Shown here piece after piece: positions 1-7,695 of a stretch of 32,000 bases of DNA. Below the pieces are notes generated by a model. The model made no database searches and was not told the origin of the DNA. It saw only the letters and a program-made list of their open reading frames with translations. The stretch is from Aciduliprofundum boonei T469 (GTDB lineage: Archaea > Thermoplasmatota > Thermoplasmata > Thermoplasmatales > Aciduliprofundaceae). The stretch lies in NCBI RefSeq assembly GCF_000025665.1, contig NC_013926.1, positions 570,001-602,000 on the forward strand. Direction: 5' to 3'. How positions within the stretch are numbered: the stretch's first letter is position 1; every line of letters starts with the position of its first letter. Position numbers and translations under genes: made by a program.

Positions 1-370
1 TTACAAAAACCATATCTGCACCCTGCAATAATTTTTCAAGTTCTTCATTTGCCTCTCTTGCAGCATCCTCACCTACCAGGGGATTTGAGCCCGCTCCTAA
101 GCCTCGGGTTCTTCTTCTACCAAGTAAAATTTTGCGATTTGCCCTTATGTGTAAAAGATGCTGAGCATCAGTGTTGGCAGCAATTAACTCAGCACCATAA
201 ATCCCCTCTTCCATCATCCTGTTTATTGTGTTGCTTCCTCCACCTCCACAACCAATGATCTTTATGTTCACTTTAAGTTTCTCAACAAGCCTCCTCAGTT
301 CTTCATCCTCTGGAGCGGTGTAGTCCACTTCATTTGATGTGCCAGCATTAATATCTTTCAAGAACTTCAT
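1..370 (-). CDS. ftsZ: Cell division GTPase FtsZ, N-terminal part (gene continues beyond the left edge)
   Basis: This ORF is absent from the ORF track because it is open at the window edge. Reverse-strand translation from the ATG at 370-368 gives [71 protein letters not shown], which are tubulin/FtsZ GTPase motifs. A TATA-like CTTTATAAAA is centred about 25 nt upstream (390-399). Confidence 0.9.
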   Translation of the reverse strand, partial: MKFLKDINAGTSNEVDYTAPEDEELRRLVEKLKVNIKIIGCGGGGSNTINRMMEEGIYGAELIAANTDAQHLLHIRANRKILLGRRRTRGLGAGSNPLVGEDAAREANEELEKLLQGADMVFV

Positions 371-434
371 AATATCCCATCCCTTGTTCTTTTATAAAGT
401 AAATGTTCCATAATATAAAAGAATTTCTTGGGTG

Positions 435-986
435 CTATTTCCATCTAGGGTTATCTTTCACGGCATAATTTCCATTCTCTTCAATCACTATCTTTGCAAA
501 TCCTTTCTCAGCTATGCTTCCATAATCGTGGCCAGCGTCTCCAGGATAAATTGCCAAAAATACAAAATTCCCATTGCCTGTATTTATACTTCTATGGGCA
601 AAATATGGAGGTACATACACAATTTTTCCTCTCTCCATCTCGATCCATCTAATCTCTTCTCCTTTTTGCATCAAGAGAAGCCCATTTCCTTTTAGTCCTA
701 TGTACAATTCTCCCCTGTCCCTCTTCTCGTGATAATGACCCTTTGTCATAAAGTACTCATTTCCCACTTTTCCTGGATGAAGAATTGTAATTGCATAGCT
801 TAATTCTCCCCCGCCCTCGTGAGTAACCGCATAAACTTCATATATGGTTGGGTTTCCATTTTTAATCATCTTCTCCAATGCTTCATTGTCCTGATAGAAA
901 TTTAGCATATCACTTGCTCTTCTTATCACATTTTCCGTGTAATTCTCCAAGATTCCCTTCTCCAAGTCAATGTAATTGCTGAGCAT
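435..986 (-). CDS. pgiA: Cupin-type glucose-6-phosphate isomerase
   Basis: The 183-aa ORF carries the cupin PGI signatures TKGHYHEKRDRGELY and VPPYFAHRSINTG, and its size is typical of archaeal cPGI. A TATA-like ATATAAATAT is centred about 25 nt upstream of the ATG. Confidence 0.85.
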   Translation of the reverse strand: MLSNYIDLEKGILENYTENVIRRASDMLNFYQDNEALEKMIKNGNPTIYEVYAVTHEGGGELSYAITILHPGKVGNEYFMTKGHYHEKRDRGELYIGLKGNGLLLMQKGEEIRWIEMERGKIVYVPPYFAHRSINTGNGNFVFLAIYPGDAGHDYGSIAEKGFAKIVIEENGNYAVKDNPRWK

Positions 987-1040
987 AGCACTCTAATGAT
1001 TGCAGCATATTTATATGTGACGGAATATTGAGAGTTTAAA

Positions 1041-1817
1041 TTATTTATCCAAAATTTCTTCAGGAGCTCCAGCCAATTTCACCAACGCTTCTGCCTCTGC
1101 AAAATGAAGCTTGCCAGGGAGAACTAAGGTATGGAGAGGTGAGCCAAAATCCCCGTTAATCATATCACCAAGGTAACCTGCACGGGCTAAACTATTAGGG
1201 GCGCCAGCTCTAGCCACAACGGCTATTAGAGTGTTTTTTGAGAATATTTTTTCCCTCTTTTTCTCTTCCATCTCAAGCAGAATTTTCATTGCCTCGTTTG
1301 CAGTCATAGGTCTTGGATTTATATCAAGAAGAATTAAAGTGTGCAAGCCCAAATTTTGATTAATTTTTATGAAATCGTAGGCACTTGTGGGGAAATAATT
1401 TTCTTGGGGAAAAGGCAAAGAAACAGTTCTTCCAAATTTGTATTGCTGCAGTCCAAGCATTCCTGGGGCGGCTGTGACGATGGATGAGTTGTGCACAATT
1501 TTCGTTTTTATTCCTCTTTCTTCTGCCATGACTCTCAATGCCACATGGGTTGTGGCTATCATAGGGTCTCCAGCTACGATAAGGACCACATTTTTACTCT
1601 TTGCCTCTTTTAGTATGAGTTTACCATTTTCCACCTCCTCCCGTGATAAAATTTTTATCTCTCTCCCCAATGCTTCTCCTAAATCCTCTGGATTTACTCC
1701 AATTAATCGGGAAGTGTAAAACTCTCCAAACACAATATCTGCCTCCTCAATTTCCCTTTTTCCACGAATCGTTAGGTCCTCTGTGTTGTACAACCCTAAG
1801 CCAACAAATGTAAGCAT
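1041..1817 (-). CDS. dphB: Diphthine synthase (tetrapyrrole-methylase fold)
   Basis: The 258-aa ORF begins MLTFVGLGLY..DLTIRG and contains VVLIVAGDPMIATTH and HTLVLPGKLHF. This is typical archaeal Dph5/DphB. A TATA-like box lies about 23 nt upstream. Confidence 0.9.
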   Translation of the reverse strand: MLTFVGLGLYNTEDLTIRGKREIEEADIVFGEFYTSRLIGVNPEDLGEALGREIKILSREEVENGKLILKEAKSKNVVLIVAGDPMIATTHVALRVMAEERGIKTKIVHNSSIVTAAPGMLGLQQYKFGRTVSLPFPQENYFPTSAYDFIKINQNLGLHTLILLDINPRPMTANEAMKILLEMEEKKREKIFSKNTLIAVVARAGAPNSLARAGYLGDMINGDFGSPLHTLVLPGKLHFAEAEALVKLAGAPEEILDK

Positions 1818-1926
1818 GGGGGAGTATCAGGGTATTTATTTAAAAAAGTACTCCTCTTTTTTCAAATGGCAATTCTATGAGAACTATTGCTTTTCGGTTA
1901 TCAATTTGGCGTTAATCTTCCTATCT

Positions 1927-2190
1927 TTATATTTTGCTCATAATATCTCTCTTAAACTTCTCATATCTTCTCTCAATTCTAACGCTGCACACTGAAAGGA
2001 GGATTATTCCGATAATAATTAGTGTTGCTTTCCAGAGCCATGAAAATTCAAAGTTCACAATGCCCCATATGAGAAGGAGCATTCCTACCACAACTCCCAC
2101 TATATCCAAACCCCATATTCCATATTTATCGCTTCTGAGCATCTTGGTTGAGGTGAGGTAATCTACTTTGTCTTTAATTTCTCTATCCAT
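1927..2190 (-). CDS. Small membrane protein, unknown function (2 predicted TM helices)
   Basis: The 87-aa ORF has two clear hydrophobic spans (IVGVVVGMLLLIWGIV and ATLIIIGIILLSVCSV). It starts with ATG and has an A/T-rich box about 26 nt upstream. The competing plus-strand ORF 1934-2161 looks like low-complexity shadow. Confidence 0.55.
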   Translation of the reverse strand: MDREIKDKVDYLTSTKMLRSDKYGIWGLDIVGVVVGMLLLIWGIVNFEFSWLWKATLIIIGIILLSVCSVRIERRYEKFKRDIMSKI

Positions 2191-2323
2191 GGGTATAATA
2201 ATGAGTTGAAAGTAAAAAAACTTGCTCTTTTAGAAGGAGTTTTAAACGCACTCAAAAATCAGAAAGCTTTAAATAATATATAGTATTACTATGTATTGTG
2301 TTGAACTATATAAGGTGATTAAA

Positions 2324-3562
2324 ATGTGGAAGAAAATTGGGTTGATGGGAATTATTACCCTCCTCTTGGTGGCTGCCTTGGTTCCCATGGTAAGCGCTAA
2401 GGGGGAAGCAACGAATATATGGGATAAAATCAGCGTGAAGCAAGGCACCACTAACGCTCTTGGTGGCGGAAGTTATATTTCGATAGGCACAAATAATACT
2501 CGGGTGAATGTGATTTATGGAAATGGGGAACATAAAAACTCTGTGAAGATAATAGTTGATACAGTGCGGTATGCAGGGGGACTTAAGATTTACAACAAGG
2601 ATGGGACGCTCAAAGATAAAAAGATTCTTAGGTACAATGCATTCGTAGGGCAGTCTTTCAATTACATAGCGGAGGTTAGAAATATAAACAATAATAGAAG
2701 TGTTATCAAGTATGTTTCTCTAAAAGGTTCTTGGAATATAGAAGGATTTAAAATAACTAATGTATCCTCCAATGAAACAAGGATTGATTTTACCATTTAT
2801 ATGGACAATGTGCCTTATACGAAGGTATTTGATAATGCCAGCGTGGGAGATGGAGTTGTGAATAAAATAGCATTGCACTTCCATATAACAGTGCAGATGG
2901 AAAATAAAACTATAAGGGGATTTCCATGGTACAGCTATAGACCTGGAAGAGGGTTATCCCTTGATGGTAGGAAGAATTACACAGGAGAGATAGTGAGTTT
3001 TCAGATAAAGTACGACAAGGAAATAGATGGATGGGATTACAATGATAATACATCAAAGATAATAGTGGCAAACAACATATTCTGGGGTATCTCCGGCAAT
3101 GATAAACTCATACACATAATAGCCAAGAGATATGGGAGCTCAAGGGCAGATGTTGAAAATAGAAGTTATGGAAACAATACTTTGCCACACAGAAGAATGC
3201 TTTTCAGGCATGGTGGGAGAATAGTATTCACTGAAGTAGGAGAATGGCAGAGAATAGGGAAATTCCGATGGGAATCAAATGTTACAGTGGATAACCAAAC
3301 TAGACAGGCCTATTACCAGCTTGTTGGGGGAGAGAGAATGATAAAATGGTATGAGTATAGAGTATTTACACTGACCGTGCTGAATGGTGCATTGATATAT
3401 CCTGTTGGAAGCAGCATATTCCAGGATCCATCCATAGAGGTTAACGAGTTCTATATATCCTTTGGAAACTTGGTTGTGCCCTCAATGGGTTTGTCCATAA
3501 TAGGGATAGCGACAGTTGCCATAGCCCTTGTTGCCTTTGCAATTTATAGAATAAAAAAATAA
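2324..3562 (+). CDS. Secreted, membrane-anchored, sequon-rich surface protein of unknown function
   Basis: I moved the start from the track's 2291 to the ATG at 2324, which has AAGGTGA 5 nt upstream. The N-terminus MWKKIGLMGIITLLLVAALVPMVSA/KGE looks like a signal peptide. The C-terminal TM helix LSIIGIATVAIALVAFAIY is followed by RIKK. The protein has 12 N-x-S/T sequons and no family motif that I recognise. Confidence 0.75.
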   Translation: MWKKIGLMGIITLLLVAALVPMVSAKGEATNIWDKISVKQGTTNALGGGSYISIGTNNTRVNVIYGNGEHKNSVKIIVDTVRYAGGLKIYNKDGTLKDKKILRYNAFVGQSFNYIAEVRNINNNRSVIKYVSLKGSWNIEGFKITNVSSNETRIDFTIYMDNVPYTKVFDNASVGDGVVNKIALHFHITVQMENKTIRGFPWYSYRPGRGLSLDGRKNYTGEIVSFQIKYDKEIDGWDYNDNTSKIIVANNIFWGISGNDKLIHIIAKRYGSSRADVENRSYGNNTLPHRRMLFRHGGRIVFTEVGEWQRIGKFRWESNVTVDNQTRQAYYQLVGGERMIKWYEYRVFTLTVLNGALIYPVGSSIFQDPSIEVNEFYISFGNLVVPSMGLSIIGIATVAIALVAFAIYRIKK

Positions 3563-3564
3563 TT

Positions 3565-4083
3565 TTATTTTTTCTTTTTTCCAAAGAGAGGGATTATTAG
3601 TATTATTAAAGAAGTTATGCCTTCCGTTAGGAGAGTTCCCTGTTGGAGGGCCACGGAAAATGATGTGGCGTAAATAAGTAGAAATCTAAGTACTGCGGAT
3701 ATTGTGGATGCGGCAAACCCTATTTTAATTCCAAAATTTGATGATATGTAAAATAGAAGTATTGCCAATAATATTAGAAACGCTGGAGCGCCGTAAAATA
3801 GGTGCGAGGTGAAAGGGATAACGGAGAGGGTGAAGATGGAAATTATTGCTGGTAGAAGCACAATTAAAAATTTTGCAGAAAGGGAAAATCCATAAAGGTT
3901 CTTATACTCCTTCTTTAAATTGCTTGGCTCTGGCATGTCCTTCAAAATATCTTCAATACTCTCTCCATTCTTCAATCTCTCAGAAATTTCTGACTCTAAT
4001 TCTTTAACAATCTCCTCCCTTCTATCTTTTTCTATTATCCATAATGCTCGGCGAATCCTTTTTAAATATTCATCCTTATTCAT
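3565..4083 (-). CDS. DUF1700/HAAS-like membrane protein, partner of the PadR regulator
   Basis: The N-terminal soluble helical module MNKDEYLKRIRRAL..REEIVKELESEISERLKNGESIEDILKDMPEPSNL is typical of DUF1700 and is followed by about 4 TM helices. The ATG at 4083 overlaps the upstream PadR stop by 8 nt. The track's start at 4095 is a non-ATG extension. Confidence 0.75.
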   Translation of the reverse strand: MNKDEYLKRIRRALWIIEKDRREEIVKELESEISERLKNGESIEDILKDMPEPSNLKKEYKNLYGFSLSAKFLIVLLPAIISIFTLSVIPFTSHLFYGAPAFLILLAILLFYISSNFGIKIGFAASTISAVLRFLLIYATSFSVALQQGTLLTEGITSLIILIIPLFGKKKK

Positions 4084-4414
4084 CGTTCTCACCAAGGATA
4101 TTATTCATACTCTCCACCATAACCTTCCAAATTTTCTTTCCCTCTTCATATTTTTTTATCCCCTCATCTGTCAATTTGTAGTATTTCCTCGGTATTCCAC
4201 TCTCAACGATTTCCCATTCACTCTCAATCAGGCCCCTTGCCTCCATTCTGTGCAAGGCAGGATATAAAGTGCCCTCTTTTATTTTTAAAAATCCATTTGA
4301 AAGGGAGTCAAGCTCTTTTATTATCTCCAATCCATATTTTCTACCTCTGGATAATATGCCCAAGATGCTTAGCTCGATAAGTCCTTTTTTTAGTTCCCTT
4401 GGCAATTGACTCAT
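4076..4414 (-). CDS. PadR-family winged-helix transcriptional regulator
   Basis: The 112-aa ORF contains LELSILGILSRGRKYGLEIIKEL..GTLYPALHRMEARGLIESEW..RKYYKLTDEG, the canonical PadR wHTH pattern. A TATA-like box lies about 27 nt upstream. Confidence 0.9.
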   Translation of the reverse strand: MSQLPRELKKGLIELSILGILSRGRKYGLEIIKELDSLSNGFLKIKEGTLYPALHRMEARGLIESEWEIVESGIPRKYYKLTDEGIKKYEEGKKIWKVMVESMNNILGENDE

Positions 4415-4458
4415 TCAAAATGATATCATCTATATTGTATAAAAATTTGATGCAAGGA

Positions 4459-4469
4459 CAAAATTAATT
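4459..4469 (+). promoter_or_regulatory. TATA-like box upstream of the box C/D sRNA
   Basis: AAAATTAATTA is centred about 29 nt upstream of the first paired nucleotide of the sRNA. This is the same spacing seen for TATA-like boxes upstream of most genes in this window. Confidence 0.35.
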
Positions 4470-4492
4470 ACTTCCTATGCAATATTCTTTTG

Positions 4493-4549
4493 CCCCTGTG
4501 ATGAGTTCAGCCTTAGCTGACCTTGATGAGAGACGGGCGGGCTGAGGGG
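4493..4549 (+). ncRNA. Box C/D sRNA (dual guide, 2'-O-methylation guide RNA)
   Basis: The elements in order are: CCCC (4493-4496); C box GUGAUGA (4498-4504); a 12-nt guide GUUCAGCCUUAG (4505-4516); D' box CUGA (4517-4520); a 3-nt spacer; C' box UGAUGA (4524-4529); a 12-nt guide GAGACGGGCGGG (4530-4541); D box CUGA (4542-4545); and GGGG (4546-4549), which pairs with the 5' CCCC. T-runs follow. This is the canonical archaeal architecture with 12-nt spacers. Confidence 0.85.
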
Positions 4550-4562
4550 TTTTATAATTTTT
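4550..4562 (+). terminator. T-rich stretch likely terminating the sRNA transcript
   Basis: TTTTATAATTTTT lies directly after the terminal stem. Archaeal RNA polymerase terminates at oligo-T runs. Confidence 0.35.
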
Positions 4563-4636
4563 GATTTTCAGAATTTAAAATCTTTTGGGATTTTCATAAG
4601 GAAGTGTATTTAAGATAAAATTGCAAAGTGAAAAAT

Positions 4637-4783
4637 ATGATGGCAGAAACGATGAGTGCGAATATGAGATGCTCTCCGGAGCACAACGAAACTATGCTCA
4701 CGCTGATGGCAAGGGCCTTTCTCTACGCACAGGGAGATGCCAAGATAGCATTAGCTAGGGCTCTCTTACAACTTATGAATTAA
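4637..4783 (+). CDS. Candidate 48-aa small protein (below the ORF-track size cutoff)
   Basis: An ATGATG start at 4637 and a TAA stop at 4781-4783 give MMAETMSANMRCSPEHNETMLTLMARAFLYAQGDAKIALARALLQLMN. A TATA-like TATTTAAGATAAAA (4607-4620) is centred about 24 nt upstream, the same leaderless geometry as the confirmed genes. The ORF looks more GC-rich than the flanking spacer. I recognise no homology. Confidence 0.4.
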   Translation: MMAETMSANMRCSPEHNETMLTLMARAFLYAQGDAKIALARALLQLMN

Positions 4784-5184
4784 TCTTTTATGATGATTTC
4801 ATAAGTTACCTCGGTTCCTCCTCTTTTTAGTGTTGCGGAAACTGGGCAATAACGATTTTGCGATAGTTCCACTGCTTTTTTTGCCTTCTCGTATTCCACT
4901 CCCCAGAATATGTATTTTAGATGCACCTTTGTGTAAACTTTTGGATGCTCTTGAGCCGTCTCACCTTCAATTTCAATCTCAAACTTCTTTGGCTCGTCTC
5001 TCATCTTGCGTAAAATTGCAACAACATCCATGCCTGTGCATCCACCTAAGCTCATCAACAGGGCTTCCATAGGTGCTGGACCTTTTTGCTCACCAAGATA
5101 TGCAGATTCTAAAATTATTGAGTGCTCATCTGTCTCTCCAACAAATCGCATTCCTTCAATATGTCTCATAGTCACCTTTGCCAT
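4780..5184 (-). CDS. osmC: OsmC/Ohr-family peroxiredoxin-like protein
   Basis: The 134-aa ORF has the two conserved Cys contexts, LGGCTGMD and NRYCPVS, and the size is typical of the OsmC family. Confidence 0.85.
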   Translation of the reverse strand: MAKVTMRHIEGMRFVGETDEHSIILESAYLGEQKGPAPMEALLMSLGGCTGMDVVAILRKMRDEPKKFEIEIEGETAQEHPKVYTKVHLKYIFWGVEYEKAKKAVELSQNRYCPVSATLKRGGTEVTYEIIIKD

Positions 5185-5254
5185 AGTACCCCATGTGCAT
5201 ATTGATTAAAACCTTTGTTGAAAAATATTTGTAGAGGCAAAACTTATACCAACC

Positions 5255-6082
5255 ATGCATATTTCTTCTGAGAATCCACAGGATGAATATGGGGTGCAGT
5301 ATCATATTGCATGCAAGCCAGGGGATGTAGCAAGGTATGTTCTTATGCCAGGAGACCCTGCGCGAGTGGATATAATTTCTTCCTATTGGGACGAGAGGAA
5401 AGAAATGGCTTACCACCGTGAATTTAAGACACATACAGGAAGATATAAAGGGGTGAGAATATCTGCAACTAGTACTGGTATAGGCTCCCCATCTGCCATA
5501 ATTGCCTTGGAAGAACTCGCTAGGATTGGAGCGGATACATTTATTCGCGTTGGCTCAACGGGAGCAATACAAGAAAATATTGAAATTGGGGATTTAATTA
5601 TAAGCACTGCTGCTGTACGCCTTGAAGGCACGAGTAAAGAATATGTGCGCGTGGAATACCCAGCATCTGCCAATTACGAAGTGCTTTTAGCATTGATTGA
5701 AGCGGCTGAGAATGAGGGTATCAATTACCATGTGGGTATAACAGCTAGCACAGATTCTTTCTATTTGGGCCAAGGAAGACCTGGATTTAGGGGATATGAG
5801 CAATCCTTCTCACAAAGAATTTTGAATGATTTGAGAAGAGCCAATGTACTTAATTTTGAGATGGAAGCGGCTGCAATTTTCACCGTTTCTAATATCTATG
5901 GGTTGAGAGCTGGAAGTATCGCAGTTGTATTCGCCAATCGCATCAAGGGGGAGTTTGAAGTTGTATCTCAAGAATCCGTAGCTAAGGTGGCAAATGAGGC
6001 AGTTAGAATACTTGCAGATTGGGATGAAGAAAAGGAGAGAAAAAATAAAAAATACATCTATCCTTCGCTGGTGCAAAGATGA
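5255..6082 (+). CDS. udp: Uridine phosphorylase (nucleoside phosphorylase family 1)
   Basis: The 275-aa ORF contains GDVARYVLMPGDPARV, TGIGSPSAIIALEEL, FIRVGSTGA and NFEMEAAAIF, which are PNP/UDP-1 family motifs. The uridine assignment comes from overall resemblance. Confidence 0.8.
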   Translation: MHISSENPQDEYGVQYHIACKPGDVARYVLMPGDPARVDIISSYWDERKEMAYHREFKTHTGRYKGVRISATSTGIGSPSAIIALEELARIGADTFIRVGSTGAIQENIEIGDLIISTAAVRLEGTSKEYVRVEYPASANYEVLLALIEAAENEGINYHVGITASTDSFYLGQGRPGFRGYEQSFSQRILNDLRRANVLNFEMEAAAIFTVSNIYGLRAGSIAVVFANRIKGEFEVVSQESVAKVANEAVRILADWDEEKERKNKKYIYPSLVQR

Positions 6083-6531
6083 TTGAATATATATATCTCT
6101 TTTTAGTTGCCATGCTTCCCATAGCCGAATTGAGAGGGGCTATACCACTGGGGATATACTGGGGCTTATCACCCATTTTAGTGTTTATTATTGCGATTAT
6201 AGGAAATATGGTTCCTGTGCCCCTTATCCTGCTGTTTTTGGAGGGAATAGAGAAGTACTTGCGGAGAAGTGAGAAAATGGCAAGGGCTTTAGATTGGATA
6301 TTTGAAAGGACCTACAAAAAGGCGGATGAAAAGGTGAGACGGTGGGAATACCTTGCCTTGATTTTGTTTGTTGCAATACCCCTTCCTGGCACGGGTGCTT
6401 GGACCGGTAGCTTGATTGCCTATCTTTTCAAGTTTGACATAAAAAAATCAATGCTCTCAATCTTCATAGGGGTATTAATTGCAGGATTGATAGTGCTAAT
6501 AGCTTCCCTAGGATTTCTTAACATTTTTTGA
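6079..6531 (+). CDS. Small membrane protein of the COG2426 (putative small multidrug export) family
   Basis: The 150-aa ORF has about 4 TM helices, the N-terminal motif LPIAELRGAIPLG and a later PLPGTGAWTG. Its ATG overlaps the udp stop (ATGA at 6079-6082), suggesting co-translation. Confidence 0.65.
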   Translation: MIEYIYLFLVAMLPIAELRGAIPLGIYWGLSPILVFIIAIIGNMVPVPLILLFLEGIEKYLRRSEKMARALDWIFERTYKKADEKVRRWEYLALILFVAIPLPGTGAWTGSLIAYLFKFDIKKSMLSIFIGVLIAGLIVLIASLGFLNIF

Positions 6532-6572
6532 GTTATGGAAATTCGTATATATTGGTTCTTCTATTTCCCTTT

Positions 6573-7667
6573 ATGTTTGAGAAAACAGTAGTTGATGAAA
6601 ATTATGTGAGAATACCTAGAGAGAAGCTTTTTAACTTCGTTGTGGAGATTTTCAAGCGCTTGGATGTGCCAGAGGAAGATGCAAAGATTGTGGCAGACAA
6701 TCTAATCATGGCAGATATGCGTGGAATAGAGAGTCATGGAGTTCAAAGATTAAAGCGCTATGTGGATGGAATTAAAGTGGGTGCTGTGAATGTACATCCT
6801 AATATAAAAGTGGTGAAGGAGAGCCCAGTTTTTGCAGTGCTTGATGGAGATGAAGCACTAGGCCAGGTTGTGGGCTATAAGGGAATGAAAATGGCTATTG
6901 AAAAAGCGAAGAAAGTGGGTGTCGGTATAGTTGGTGTTAGGAATAGCAATCACTACGGCATAGCTGGCTATTATTCTTATATGGCTGCAAAGGAAGACCT
7001 TGTAGGCGTGAGCATGACAACATCTCGCCCATTGGTTGCTCATACTGGGGCCATGGAGAAGTTTATGGGAACGAGTCCAATATCCGTTGCTGCTCCTGTA
7101 GAAGGTAGCAGACCATTCTTGCTTGATATGGCTACCAGCGTAGTGCCAAGTGGAAAGATAGAAGTATATAGGCGCAAGAATAAACCTGTGCCTGGGGATT
7201 GGGCAATAAGTACGGAGACTGGTGAAATAATTCATGATCCAAATGAGATTCTAAGTCCCAAGGGAACAATTTTGCCTCTAGGAGGTCTCGGCGAAATAAG
7301 TGGAGGCCATAAGGGATATGGGCTTGGGGCTATAGTGGATATCCTTGCAGGCATATTGAATGGAGCAACATGGAGTAAGCATGTGGGAGGCACAAGCGAT
7401 AAGCATAGTGATGTTGGACACTTCTTTATGGCCATAGATCCGGGTGCATTTGGAGATAAGGAAGAGTTCAAGAAGAATATGAGGAAATTTATGGAGGAGT
7501 TAAAGAATGCCAAAAAGCATCCCAAGTTTGAGCGTATATGGGTGCATGGAGAGAAAGGATTCTTGACCTATGAGGCTAGAGAGAAGTTAGGCGTACCTAT
7601 ATACAAGAAAGTTCTTGATGAAATGAATGCAATAGCAGACGAATTGGGAGTTCAAAAACTTCCGTAG
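6573..7667 (+). CDS. Ldh2-family (malate / L-lactate / L-sulfolactate type) NAD(P)H-dependent 2-oxoacid dehydrogenase
   Basis: The motifs MRGIESHGVQRLKRY, GVRNSNHYGIAGYY, PISVAAP and GGHKGYGL match the Ldh_2 family. I moved the start from 6528 to the ATG at 6573 (MFEKTVVDEN..), which has TATATATT centred about 24 nt upstream. The substrate cannot be called from sequence. Confidence 0.85.
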   Translation: MFEKTVVDENYVRIPREKLFNFVVEIFKRLDVPEEDAKIVADNLIMADMRGIESHGVQRLKRYVDGIKVGAVNVHPNIKVVKESPVFAVLDGDEALGQVVGYKGMKMAIEKAKKVGVGIVGVRNSNHYGIAGYYSYMAAKEDLVGVSMTTSRPLVAHTGAMEKFMGTSPISVAAPVEGSRPFLLDMATSVVPSGKIEVYRRKNKPVPGDWAISTETGEIIHDPNEILSPKGTILPLGGLGEISGGHKGYGLGAIVDILAGILNGATWSKHVGGTSDKHSDVGHFFMAIDPGAFGDKEEFKKNMRKFMEELKNAKKHPKFERIWVHGEKGFLTYEAREKLGVPIYKKVLDEMNAIADELGVQKLP

Positions 7668-7671
7668 AGGA

Positions 7672-7695
7672 TTTTCTAATTTTTTCTATTTTTTT
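7672..7695 (+). terminator. Oligo-T runs after the Ldh2-family gene
   Basis: TTTTCTAATTTTTTCTATTTTTTT begins 5 nt after the stop codon. It contains runs of 6 and 7 T. Confidence 0.3.

Noticed and set aside
49-258. A 69-aa plus-strand ORF at the left edge.
   Set aside because: It is antisense to the unmistakable ftsZ reading frame, which the track missed only because that frame is open at the edge.
5156-5434. A 92-aa minus-strand ORF bridging the osmC and udp starts.
   Set aside because: It overlaps the 5' ends of two well-supported divergent genes and their promoter. The translation is implausible.
6858-7525. Two minus-strand ORFs (125 aa and 97 aa) antisense to the Ldh2-family gene.
   Set aside because: These are shadow ORFs opposite a gene with clear family motifs. 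They have no promoter or start context and a biased composition.
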